Assembly: GCA_938005705.1 (NCBI GenBank)
Contig: CALLML010000048.1
Location: 2,066-66,065 of the forward strand
Reading direction: 5' to 3'
DNA from: an uncultured bacterium
GTDB taxonomy: Bacteria; Verrucomicrobiota; Kiritimatiellia; PWTM01
DNA: 64,000 bases
Shown here: positions 1 through 9,120 of the stretch, piece after piece
Numbering within the stretch: position 1 is the stretch's first letter
Layout of the letters: each line of letters starts with the position of its first letter
The notes under the pieces: model-generated
Databases searched by the model: none
What the model was told of the DNA's origin: nothing
Seen by the model: only the letters and a program-made list of their open reading frames with translations
Made by a program: the position numbers and the translations under genes

Positions 1-509
1 ACCGCGCGGCCTTCTCGCACCGCGATTTTTTGGCGACGCACCTCGCGTATGAGCGCGCGGCACATTTCCCGTGACGTGTAGGGGCCGATGGACGTTGCGC
101 GCTGTCGGGGATCGTGGTCGGTCTTGTAACCGACGAACTGGCCGTAGGCGTCGCGCGGAAACGGCACGCCCAGGTTGACGAGATTCAGGAAGGCGCGGGC
201 GGAGCCGGCGGCCTCCGCGAGGGCGAGGTCGCCGTGCATTGAGTGGCCGTTGAAGAAGGTCTCGGCGAGCAGTCGGGGGGCGTCCGCTTCGGCGCCGCAC
301 AGCGAGAGTTTGTAGTAGGTCTGCTTGTCGCTGCCGGTGTTGATGGACGTGCCCTGGTCGAGTCCTTCGGTCACGATCAGGACGTCCTCCACGCCGTTGT
401 TGCGCAGTTGAACGGCGGCATTCAAGCCGGCGGCGCCGCTGCCGATGACGAGCGTATGGACACGGACGGTGGAAGCGTCGGAACGAGTGAGGACAGGCAA
501 AGATTTCAT
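1..509 (-). CDS. FAD-dependent oxidoreductase, SdhA/FrdA/NadB-like flavoprotein family (partial, runs off window start)
   Basis: Translated by hand from ATG at 509: MKSLPVLTRSDASTVRVHTLVIGSGAAGLNAAVQL...GTSINTGSDKQTYYKL. Has the Rossmann GxGxxG FAD motif. Missing from the ORF track because the stop lies outside the window. Confidence 0.8.
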   Translation of the reverse strand, partial: MKSLPVLTRSDASTVRVHTLVIGSGAAGLNAAVQLRNNGVEDVLIVTEGLDQGTSINTGSDKQTYYKLSLCGAEADAPRLLAETFFNGHSMHGDLALAEAAGSARAFLNLVNLGVPFPRDAYGQFVGYKTDHDPRQRATSIGPYTSREMCRALIREVRRQKIAVREGRA

Positions 510-541
510 CGTGATCCTCGAACAGAAGTTTGTTTTTGGTG

Positions 542-1315
542 TTACAAGCGCTGCAAAGTGAGGCCGCCATCCACCATAATCACCTGGCCGGTGGAGTAGG
601 GGAAATCGCCTCGGACAAGGGCAGCGACCGCGCGCCCGATATCCTCCGGCTGGCCCCAGCGTTTTTGAACGCAGAGGCCTTCGCCGATGAGTTTGTCGTA
701 TTTTTCCTTCACGGCGGCGGTCATGTCGGTGGCGATCACCCCAGGCCGGATTTCATAGACTGGGATGTCGAATTCGCCCAGTCGGGCGGCCCAGAGGCGG
801 GTAGCCATGCTCACGCCGGCCTTGGAAATGCAGTATTCGCCGCGGCTCGGCGAGGCCACCGTGGCGGAGATGGACGAGATGTTGACGATGCAGCCGCGCC
901 AGCCGGGATCGTTCTTCCTCTGTTCCACCATCCAGCGCGCAGCGAGTTGGGTGAGGAAGTAAGGGCCCTGAAGATTGATCTTCATCACCCATTCGAAGCT
1001 TTCTTCCGTCGCGTCGAGAATGTCGGCCCGCACTTTCGGCGCCACGCCGGCGTTGTTCACCAGCACATGAAGCGCGCCGAACTGCTCTCGAATCATCGCC
1101 AGTGCGCGGGCGCGGTCTTCCGGTCGCGTGACGTCACCGCGCAGGTACAGCGGGACACCGCCTGCCCGCTTCAATGTTTCGAGGTTATCGGCGACGGCGT
1201 CTTCCGGCAGGACATCGAGAATAGCGATATTCGTCTCCTCCGCCGCCAGTGCGCGGGCAATTCCGAAACCGATTCCCCGTCCCGCTCCCGTGATCAATGC
1301 GATGCGTCTGGACAT
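542..1315 (-). CDS. Short-chain dehydrogenase/reductase (3-ketoacyl-ACP reductase-like SDR)
   Basis: TGAGRGIG cofactor motif, NNAG, catalytic YCISK, C-terminal TGQVIMVDGG. Start taken at MSRRIALIT. Confidence 0.9.
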   Translation of the reverse strand: MSRRIALITGAGRGIGFGIARALAAEETNIAILDVLPEDAVADNLETLKRAGGVPLYLRGDVTRPEDRARALAMIREQFGALHVLVNNAGVAPKVRADILDATEESFEWVMKINLQGPYFLTQLAARWMVEQRKNDPGWRGCIVNISSISATVASPSRGEYCISKAGVSMATRLWAARLGEFDIPVYEIRPGVIATDMTAAVKEKYDKLIGEGLCVQKRWGQPEDIGRAVAALVRGDFPYSTGQVIMVDGGLTLQRL

Positions 1316-1610
1316 GGATTCCCTCCGTTTTGGCGCGATATTGTATAGGTTTAGGCGGGCCGCGACAAGCGTCGAGCCGGAGGGCCGATTGCGCTGTTGG
1401 GGAATGAGCGGCAAATATAAGGTGTCGGCGAAAGGGGGCGGAAATCGTTTGCCCCAACGACCCCGCGCTATTCGCCGGTATTTTTGCCGCTCCCCTAAAA
1501 AAACGGTGCAATTCGCGGACGGCGTGGATGCTGTCCTTCCAATTCCGTTCCATCGCAGGCAAATGGAGGGTCGGGTTTCACCCCGACCTCGACCGAAGGA
1601 GGGGGGAGAA

Positions 1611-1757
1611 CACGAATATTCTCGATGTTGTCTTTACGTGCTCGTTTTCTGCGGCGCGAACAAGCTTGCGCCCCACGTCCGAAGAATGTAGGGCCTCAGC
1701 TTGCTGAGGCCGCGAGGCCTTAAACGCGCTGTCAGGACAATAATGAGACGACTCGTA
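1611..1757 (+). repeat. Repeat family A copy 1 (MITE/REPIN-like, ~40-bp imperfect terminal inverted repeats, two REP-like hairpins)
   Basis: Shares TTGTCTTTAC(A/G)TGCTCGTT...GGACAAT(A/T)ATGAGACGAC..GTA with copies at 17737, 20600 and 61923. Contains GTAG-GGCCTCAGC-TT-GCTGAGGCC. Confidence 0.85.
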
Positions 1758-2061
1758 ATAAGAAAGAGAGCGGCGAGCGCCAAGGAGGTCTGGGTGAGGA
1801 ACCCATGAGAAAACGCTGCGCCACTCTCCGAAATTCGATTGTCAATCCATTAGACCGCTGGGCGTCCACGGCGTTCAAAATTCAAGGCTATAATCAAAAG
1901 TAATTGCAAGAAAATGTCTTATAAACGCTGCCGCCCGAGGCAGGCGGGTGAAGCCTGCCGCATGGCTGATTGAAGGTGTTCTTCGCTCTGGATAAGCGGG
2001 TAAATGGCCGGGGATACGACGGAATACACGCTCCCGTAGTCCGAATTCGACCGTCCGGATC

Positions 2062-2868
2062 CTATTCGGGCCCCTCGGCATCCTCCGCCGATTTGGGACC
2101 GGCGCAGAGGCCGCGTTTGGATTCGGCAATGAAACGGGCGAATTCCGCGGCTGGGCCGGCCGGAAATTCACGAACCAGCGCCTCGCGCGCATCGCTGACA
2201 TTGAGGCCGGAAAGATACAGCAGCGAGAACGCCCGCTTCACCTGCCTTCGGGCCTCGGAGTCAAAACCGGCGCGACGTAGGCCGATGATGTTCATCCCAG
2301 CCACGCGATTGAGCGTGTTCGATCGCACGGTGCAATAGGGGGGGCAGTCTTTTGTCAGAATGGCTCCGCCGCCGATCATGGCGAGACGTCCCACGTGACA
2401 GAACTGATGAATGGCGCAATTGCCGCTGATGAAGGCGAAATCCTCCACAATCACGTATCCGGCCAGCAGGGCGCCGTTGGCGAGGATGACGCGTTCGCCC
2501 AAACGCGCGTTATGGCCGACGTGCGAATTGGCCATCAGATAGCAGCGCGGGCCGACGACGGTCGTCGTGCCCTCCTTCGTTCCGCGATGGATCGTCACAC
2601 CCTCGCGAATCACGCATTCCGACCCGATCTCGACGAAGCTCGTCCCACCTTTGAACGCGAGGTCCTGGGGGGTGTCGCCCAGCACCGCGCCGGCGTGGAC
2701 TCGGCAGCATGCGCCGAGGGTTGTGCCGCCGTAAATGACCGCATGTGGCCCGATCCGGCAGCCGTCGCCGATGTGCGCGCCCGCGTGCACGACGGCGAAC
2801 GGGCCGATTTCAACGTCAGCGCCCAGAGATGCGCCATCTTCCACAATAGCACTCGGATGAACAGACAT
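2062..2868 (-). CDS. lpxA: Acyl-ACP--UDP-N-acetylglucosamine O-acyltransferase
   Basis: Hexapeptide repeats, PQDLAFKG, IREGVTIHRGT, MANSHVGHN, HQFCHVGRLAMIGG, GMNIIGLRRAGF. Confidence 0.9.
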   Translation of the reverse strand: MSVHPSAIVEDGASLGADVEIGPFAVVHAGAHIGDGCRIGPHAVIYGGTTLGACCRVHAGAVLGDTPQDLAFKGGTSFVEIGSECVIREGVTIHRGTKEGTTTVVGPRCYLMANSHVGHNARLGERVILANGALLAGYVIVEDFAFISGNCAIHQFCHVGRLAMIGGGAILTKDCPPYCTVRSNTLNRVAGMNIIGLRRAGFDSEARRQVKRAFSLLYLSGLNVSDAREALVREFPAGPAAEFARFIAESKRGLCAGPKSAEDAEGPE

Positions 2869-2881
2869 GGTCATGCGCTCC

Positions 2882-3643
2882 TCATGTTGCCTCAAAAGTA
2901 ACCAAGCCCGACTCTCGCACGCTGAAATGACCGGGGGCACTGTCCGCCTTCCGCCCCACGATCACATGGTCCAGCACGGGAATTCCGACGATGCGTCCGG
3001 CCTCGACCAGTTGGCGGGTGATGGACAGGTCCTCCGCCGACGGCGTCGGATCGCCGGACGGGTGATTGTGCGCGACGATCACCGCGGCGGCCGCCGCGCG
3101 GACCGCGCCGCGGAACACCTCACGCGGATGTACGAGGCTCGCGTTGAGAAGCCCGCGCGAGACTTCATCGGGCGGACGCAGCAGGCGATTGCGTGTGTCG
3201 AGCAGCAAGACCCAGAACACCTCCCGATCCAACGTTCGCGCCGTTTCCCCCAACAGGCGGATCACGTCGTCGGGGCATGTCAGCGCCGGCCGTTCGACCG
3301 CGCCTTCGAGCGCGATCCGCCGGGCGAGCTCCAGGGCCGCCTTCAACATCTGCGCCTTGACGGGGCCGACGCCTTTGAACGCCGCCAGTTCCTCGACGCT
3401 CGCCTGCGCGAGCTGCGTCAACGTGCCGTATCGTTCAAGAATACGGCGCGCGAGGTCGAGCACATTCACGCCCGGAATGCCCGATCGGAGCAGGATCGCC
3501 AGCAGTACGTCCTCGCCGACTCGGTCGGCGCCCTCGAGACGAAAGCGCTCGCGCGGCTGCAGCGTTTGCGGCAGCTCCTTCACGCGGCGCGGCGCGGAAA
3601 TAATGTTGTAGGACGATCCCGACTGGAAAGGCATTGTTTTCAT
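2882..3643 (-). CDS. radC: RadC-family JAB domain protein
   Basis: PRERF, LLAILLRSG, HhH-like KGVGPVKA, VHPREVF, JAB motif HNHPSGDPTPSAED, VLDHVIVG. Exact start uncertain. Confidence 0.9.
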   Translation of the reverse strand: MKTMPFQSGSSYNIISAPRRVKELPQTLQPRERFRLEGADRVGEDVLLAILLRSGIPGVNVLDLARRILERYGTLTQLAQASVEELAAFKGVGPVKAQMLKAALELARRIALEGAVERPALTCPDDVIRLLGETARTLDREVFWVLLLDTRNRLLRPPDEVSRGLLNASLVHPREVFRGAVRAAAAAVIVAHNHPSGDPTPSAEDLSITRQLVEAGRIVGIPVLDHVIVGRKADSAPGHFSVRESGLVTFEAT

Positions 3644-3969
3644 GGGCATAGGCCGCGAGCTCCGGCGGCGGCTTAGGGTCTGCAAGCTGACGGATTCGCG
3701 GCACCAAGTCAAGCGGACATTCGTGTCATGCTTTCGACCGTGATGTGGTGCCCGGGCCTGGCATTGGTGGCGCGAGACATTATTCATGCGCATGGCGCGC
3801 CGGTGGAGTATTCATCGGGCGACCGCATCCGCGGGTTTCGGCTTGTCAAGAGATTGCCGGCGGTGCTCGGGCATTAGTCTATGGCATTGACACGGGATTC
3901 GCACGAGATAGCATCGCCCAGGTGGCAGAGGGCACACCGTGTATACGGAACAGGAGGAGGAGGAGGAGT

Positions 3970-5304
3970 ATGAGCGCGAAGGTGAAACCAGAGAATGCGA
4001 GGGTTGCGGCGGATCGGCTGGCGGCGGAGGGCGGGCCGCGCGCTGTGACAGCGCCGAGGCCGACCCTGTGGGCTCACGGCCCAGCGGAGATCGGGAAGGA
4101 AGAGATCGCCGCGGTCCGGAAAGTACTCGAACGGCGGATGCTGTTTCGCTTTGGTCTGGATCGAAAAGAGTCGTATGCGGCGCGATTCGAGGACCTGATG
4201 GCGAAAAAGACAGGCGCGCGTTTTGCGCTTGCGATGAATTCTGGCACATCGGCACTGATGGCGGGGCTGGTGGGCCTGGGCGTCAGCCCAGGCGACGAGG
4301 TGCTCGTGCCCGCCTACACCTACATTGCCACGGCGGCCGCCGTGTTGGCTCTGGGCGCATTTCCGGTCATTGTAGACGTGGACCGTTCATTGATGATGGA
4401 CCCCCAAGATCTGGCGAAGAAGATCACCCCCCGCTCGTGCGTGGTTATTCCCGTGCATATGCGCGGCAGTGTGTGCGACATGGAACGGATTCTGGCCGTG
4501 GCGCGTCGCCATAAACTGCGGGTGTTGGAGGATTGTGCCCAAGCGAATGGCGCGACCTATCGGGGGCGCCATGTGGGCACGCTAGGCGACGCCGGAGCCT
4601 TCAGCCTGCAGCAATCGAAGGTAATTAGCGCGGGAGAGGGCGGCATACTGATTACGAGCGATCGAAGAGTGTTTGAGCGCGCCGCGTTTTATCACGATTC
4701 GGCATATATGTTCTGGATGGAAAAACAGGGCACGCCCGCCGAGCAGCGACGCCGGCAGCGCGAGACTTTTCTTGGCCAAAACTTCCGCATGCCGGAGCTG
4801 CTGGGCGCGGTCGCTTATGAGCAATTGAAAAAGCGCGACCGGATCCTCGCCCGAACTCGTGCGATCAAGCGCAGACTGTGGGCCGCCTGCGAAGACGCGT
4901 TCGGTCCGGAGGCGCTTGAGAGTCCGAATGACCGAGCGGGCGATTGCGGCCTCGCCATGACGGTGTTTTGCGAGAGTCCGGCGCAGGCCATGGAATGGGC
5001 CCGACTGCTCAAGGCGGAAGGCGTCAATTGCGGCACTCGGTTTTCCAAAGAAATTCCGGATCGGCATGTTTATTATTTTTGGAACTACATCATGGAAAAG
5101 CGCACGCCTCATCGAAATGGATTCCCATGGGTGTCTCGTGATCATCCTTGTATGGTTCAGTACGATCGCGAGATGTGTCCGCAGACGATCCATTGGATGG
5201 AGCGGGCTGTGTTGATGCCGATCACTCAGGCGATGAGCGACGAATATGTTCGCCAGGTATGCACCGCGATTCGAAAAGTCGGACGCTGGAGCTCTGCGCA
5301 TTGA
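3970..5304 (+). CDS. DegT/DnrJ/EryC1/StrS-family PLP-dependent aminotransferase
   Basis: NSGTSAL, PGDEVLVPAYTYIATA, VLEDCAQANG, PLP lysine in SLQQSKVISAGEGG. Strong AGGAGG RBS before ATG 3970. Confidence 0.9.
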   Translation: MSAKVKPENARVAADRLAAEGGPRAVTAPRPTLWAHGPAEIGKEEIAAVRKVLERRMLFRFGLDRKESYAARFEDLMAKKTGARFALAMNSGTSALMAGLVGLGVSPGDEVLVPAYTYIATAAAVLALGAFPVIVDVDRSLMMDPQDLAKKITPRSCVVIPVHMRGSVCDMERILAVARRHKLRVLEDCAQANGATYRGRHVGTLGDAGAFSLQQSKVISAGEGGILITSDRRVFERAAFYHDSAYMFWMEKQGTPAEQRRRQRETFLGQNFRMPELLGAVAYEQLKKRDRILARTRAIKRRLWAACEDAFGPEALESPNDRAGDCGLAMTVFCESPAQAMEWARLLKAEGVNCGTRFSKEIPDRHVYYFWNYIMEKRTPHRNGFPWVSRDHPCMVQYDREMCPQTIHWMERAVLMPITQAMSDEYVRQVCTAIRKVGRWSSAH

Positions 5305-5319
5305 CACATGATCTATTCC

Positions 5320-5502
5320 GCGCGCCAGTAATGAAACTCCACTAATGGACTCCGGCCGGACCGACTCGACAAGGTATAGCCGAGTTTGACTGAACACAAA
5401 TGGCAGCAGGACAGCGGCTCGCATCCGGTGCACGGGATGCGGTGGAGGCCCTTGGAGTTGAGAGAATCCGGCGGGGGATTTCAGGGTGGAGCTTCATCGC
5501 GC
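5320..5502 (+). ncRNA. Candidate structured intergenic RNA (long rod with Y-shaped end)
   Basis: ATGAAACTCCACT(5331-5343) pairs with GGTGGAGCTTCAT(5485-5497). Nested GCCGGA/TCCGGC, CGACTC/GAGTTG, CAAGG/CCTTG. Inner hairpins AGCCG/CGGCT and CGCATCC/GGATGCG. Confidence 0.35.
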
Positions 5503-5688
5503 GTCACTCACGAAAAGAGGGGGCCGGCCGGCGCTGGCCGGAGGAGGTGCATTCTGTTCGCGTTCGCCCGGGGTTTTCGCTGGCGAATCACCGTGATCCA
5601 ACACACGCGGTCCGCGGCGGCGTGCCAGTAAAATCGGCTGTCGCCTCAATAAACACGAATTTTACGGTGCGTCTTGGCCTTGGGCAAA

Positions 5689-8600
5689 TCACATTCGCTC
5701 GAGAATACCCGCCCCGAAGGTGAAGCCTCCACCGAATGCGCATAGGCCGATGCGCGCGCCGGGCGCCTGGCCAGGCAATACCTCCTGCAACGCCAGTGGG
5801 ATGGTATTGGAAGAGGTGTTGCCGTATTGACGGATGTGGTTGAACATTCGTTCTTTTGGCACATTGATCTTCTCTCGAATGGCGTCAATGATGCGCGTAT
5901 TTGCCTGGTGCGGCACGATCATCGCCAGATCCTCTACGGTAATCCCCGCCTCCTCGCACGCGCGTTCTAGCATCTCGATCATCCGGCGCACCGCGACGCG
6001 AAAAACCGACTGACCCGCCATACGCACGCACTCACCGACGCCCGAAAAAGGGACATAAAGCGTCTCGGGCGGCTCCCCCAGTGCCGAGAGCACAGGCCGC
6101 CAGACCCGCGCGGCGACCCCGTCTCCCTCCGTTCCTCGGCGAACCAGCGTCGCCGTGGCAGCATCGCCGAAAAGGAAGAATGTGCCTGCGTCTTTAGGGT
6201 CCAGCAACGGAGAGAGTGTCTCCGCGGTGACCATAAGAATCCGCATCGAGGGCCGCTGATGCAGCATGTCGTAAGCCGACTGCAATGCGTAGAGGTATCC
6301 GCTACAGGCGGCATTGATATCGAATGCCTGTGCCAGGACCTCCCCTTTTGAGGGGCTGAGCTGTTCCAGAATCCGGCATGCGAGTGAGGGAGTCATGGAG
6401 AGTGGCGTGCCGGTGCTGCAGATCAGCGCGTCCACATCGCTGATTTTGAGGCGCTCGCGCTCAAGCAGTTCGCGACAAGCCCGGACGGCAAGCGTCAACA
6501 CATTCTCCCCTTCGCCGATCCAGAAACGTCGTTCGATTCCCGTCCGCTTCACCACATCGGCCGAGTTCCATTCGGGAAAATGGTGCAGAATCTCATCATT
6601 GGACATCTCGCGCGAGCCAAGGGCAGCGGTGATGATTCCCAGGACAACCGGGGCCTCTTCCGCTCCAATCTCCAGAGATGCCTTGCGGCGGGCGCGGGCG
6701 CGTCGGCCCAGGATCGGGCGCTCTTCCATCGCTTCGGCCAAGGCACACGCCGACGCCGGATCGTCTGCGCGCAACCGGGCGATCGGCGTGCCTACCCGCA
6801 CTTCCGCCCCCGGCTGGACGAGCAGGGCCTCCAGACGACCGGCGGTGGGCGCCGCGATTTCGAACGCGGCTTTTTCCGCTTCCACCGAGGCGAACGGCGC
6901 GCCTTCAGAAAGTCGATCTCCTTCCGCAGCGTGGAATTCAACGATGCGCACGGTTTCATCCGACGGGCTGGACCCGATGGCGCGGATGACCACGATGCCG
7001 GGATCCGGGCGAACCGGCTCCTCCCACCGCAATTCAAGATCGAGCATTTTGGCCGCACACTCGAGCACTGTTCGACGGGTCGGCAACAGCTCCATCATGT
7101 TCTCGTAGCGGAACGGCAAATAGGTGTCGGGCGTTGTTACGCGAGCCATAACGATCGCGCCGCCGGTTTCTTCGGCAACTGTCGCGAGGATTTCCGCGCC
7201 CAGTCCGCCCGTACGCATATCTTCGTGCACGACGATCAACCGGCCTGTCCTTCGCGCGGAAGCGATGACGGTCTCCCGGTCCCACGGAGACAATGTGCGC
7301 AGATCCAGGACCTCGGCGGAGACCGCTGCGCTTTCCAGCACTTCTGCTACCTGTTCGCAGACGGCCACCGTATTTCCCCATCCGACCAACGTCAGGTCGT
7401 GCCCCGCGCGCGCGAGGCGGGCGCGTCCGATGGGGACGGCACGCTCCGTCGCAGACAGATCGGTGAGCACGGAGCGGTCGTTCAGCAAGTTCTTGGGATA
7501 GAAGAAAATGGAAGGACGTCCGGAACGGAATGCGGCGTTCAGCAGCCCGGCGGCATCCGCGGCGTTGGAAGGCATAAACACATCCACGCCAGGCACGCGG
7601 GTTAAGAAGCCCTCCGGGCTCTGCGCATGGAACGGTCCGAGCCCGCGGCGGTAGGCGCCGGAGACAGCCATGACGATGACCGGTGCCTCCCATGCGCCGG
7701 CCGAGCGCCAGTAAAGACAGCCCAGTTCGGCAAAAATCTGGTTGAAGGCCAGCGGGAAGAAGTCAGCAAACTGCAGGAACGCCACCGGCCGTTCGCCCGC
7801 GAGGGCGCGCCCGATGGCAGTGCCGACGATGGTCGCCTCGCTCAAGGGGGCGTTGCGCACGCGACCGGGGTGTTCCGTGGACAGGCCTCGGGTGAGGCCG
7901 AAGACATCGCCCTTCGGGTCTTCGATATCCTGTCCGAACAATAAGACGCGGGGATCCTCGCGCAGCCGGCGTCGCAGTGTTTCTCGCATCGCCTCAATCA
8001 TGGTGATGCCTTTTGGTCCCGCTTCCAGAAGCGGTGATTCCGGTGCGCTATCCAGTTCGAGTGGCAGGGGGCGACGGGTCGGGCCATTGACCGGTGGCGC
8101 TGCCGAGCGGGCGCTGGCGAGCGCCGCGCTCAACTGTTCCTCGATTGCCGCATGCAGCGAAGCGAGATCTTCTTCCCGCACGCCTTGCGTGCGCAGCCAG
8201 GCTTCCATGCATGCGATAGGATCGCGGCGTTGAGCAGCGGCGATCTCTTGTGGGGTGCGGTAGACGGTCTGGTCGTCGGAATTCGAATGGCTGGCGAGTC
8301 GTTCCACCTGAAAAACGACGATTCGCGGGCTTCGGTTCTCGCGGATCGCGTCCACGATTTCGCCGAACCGGCCGCAAGCGGTCACCGGATCGCTGCCATC
8401 CATCCGCACAATCGGAATGCCGTAGAATTCTGCGGCCTCGCCGTCAGGCCGAGAATAGAAGGTGCGGCCGGCGGTGGGGGTGGAAAGGGCATAGTGGTTG
8501 TCCTCAATGACGAACAGGACGGGCAGATGCTCCCGAACGGCCTCGGCGATGGCTTCGAGTACTTCGCCTTCCTGCGAACCGCCGTCGCCGATGCCGCAAA

Positions 8601-9024
8601 AGACCAGGGGACGTGCCGGCTGATGGCGAATCGCCGCGGCCACGCCCACGGCCTGGAGCGCGTTATTGCCGACCAGCGTGGGGATGCTCATCAGGTTCAA
8701 CGCGCGATCACTGACGAATGGGGGCATGCGCCGCCCATGGGAATCGGATTCTGCGGTCGCTAGCAGGCTATGGAAATAGCGAGCCGGCGGCAGGCCGCGC
8801 GCGAGGATGAGCGCCACATCCCGATAGTGTGGGTGAAGCCAATCCTCGGCCTTCAAATGGAACGCGAGGGCGGCCGTGCCCTCGTGGCCGGCGCTGGAGA
8901 GTTGAAAACTGGCCTCCCCCTGCTGGGCGAGAATCGTCTGCATCTCGTCGAGACGCCGTGCGGTTCGCATGTATCGGTAAAGCCGCAGCGCCTGTTCCGT
9001 ATCCATTCTCCAGTCCTTCGTCAT
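5689..9024 (-). CDS. Fusion: 2-oxoacid dehydrogenase E1alpha + E1beta + lipoyl domain + beta-ketoacyl-ACP synthase III (FabH)
   Basis: TPP motif GDGGSQEG...EDNHYALS and RLASHSNSDD. E1beta NAPLSEATIVG, QFADF, GPFHAQSPE, DLRTLSPWD. Lipoyl EAEKAAFEIAAPTAG. FabH triad DINAACSGY, VPHQAN, YGNTSSNTIP, and FGGGFT. One uninterrupted frame. Confidence 0.92.
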   Translation of the reverse strand: MTKDWRMDTEQALRLYRYMRTARRLDEMQTILAQQGEASFQLSSAGHEGTAALAFHLKAEDWLHPHYRDVALILARGLPPARYFHSLLATAESDSHGRRMPPFVSDRALNLMSIPTLVGNNALQAVGVAAAIRHQPARPLVFCGIGDGGSQEGEVLEAIAEAVREHLPVLFVIEDNHYALSTPTAGRTFYSRPDGEAAEFYGIPIVRMDGSDPVTACGRFGEIVDAIRENRSPRIVVFQVERLASHSNSDDQTVYRTPQEIAAAQRRDPIACMEAWLRTQGVREEDLASLHAAIEEQLSAALASARSAAPPVNGPTRRPLPLELDSAPESPLLEAGPKGITMIEAMRETLRRRLREDPRVLLFGQDIEDPKGDVFGLTRGLSTEHPGRVRNAPLSEATIVGTAIGRALAGERPVAFLQFADFFPLAFNQIFAELGCLYWRSAGAWEAPVIVMAVSGAYRRGLGPFHAQSPEGFLTRVPGVDVFMPSNAADAAGLLNAAFRSGRPSIFFYPKNLLNDRSVLTDLSATERAVPIGRARLARAGHDLTLVGWGNTVAVCEQVAEVLESAAVSAEVLDLRTLSPWDRETVIASARRTGRLIVVHEDMRTGGLGAEILATVAEETGGAIVMARVTTPDTYLPFRYENMMELLPTRRTVLECAAKMLDLELRWEEPVRPDPGIVVIRAIGSSPSDETVRIVEFHAAEGDRLSEGAPFASVEAEKAAFEIAAPTAGRLEALLVQPGAEVRVGTPIARLRADDPASACALAEAMEERPILGRRARARRKASLEIGAEEAPVVLGIITAALGSREMSNDEILHHFPEWNSADVVKRTGIERRFWIGEGENVLTLAVRACRELLERERLKISDVDALICSTGTPLSMTPSLACRILEQLSPSKGEVLAQAFDINAACSGYLYALQSAYDMLHQRPSMRILMVTAETLSPLLDPKDAGTFFLFGDAATATLVRRGTEGDGVAARVWRPVLSALGEPPETLYVPFSGVGECVRMAGQSVFRVAVRRMIEMLERACEEAGITVEDLAMIVPHQANTRIIDAIREKINVPKERMFNHIRQYGNTSSNTIPLALQEVLPGQAPGARIGLCAFGGGFTFGAGILERM

Positions 9025-9120
9025 TGCCTGGTTCCACATCTTTACCGTGCGGACATGCGCTTTGGGAATCACGTCAGCACGGCGTACAACGTAAGCGAAC
9101 CGAAACCTCAAGGCGAGCGA

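Noticed and set aside
530-1348. Long antisense/shadow ORFs here and throughout (e.g. 8770-9954, 17925-19031, 38756-40132, 57831-59006)
   Set aside because: They overlap well-supported genes on the other strand or frame, which is expected in high-GC DNA.
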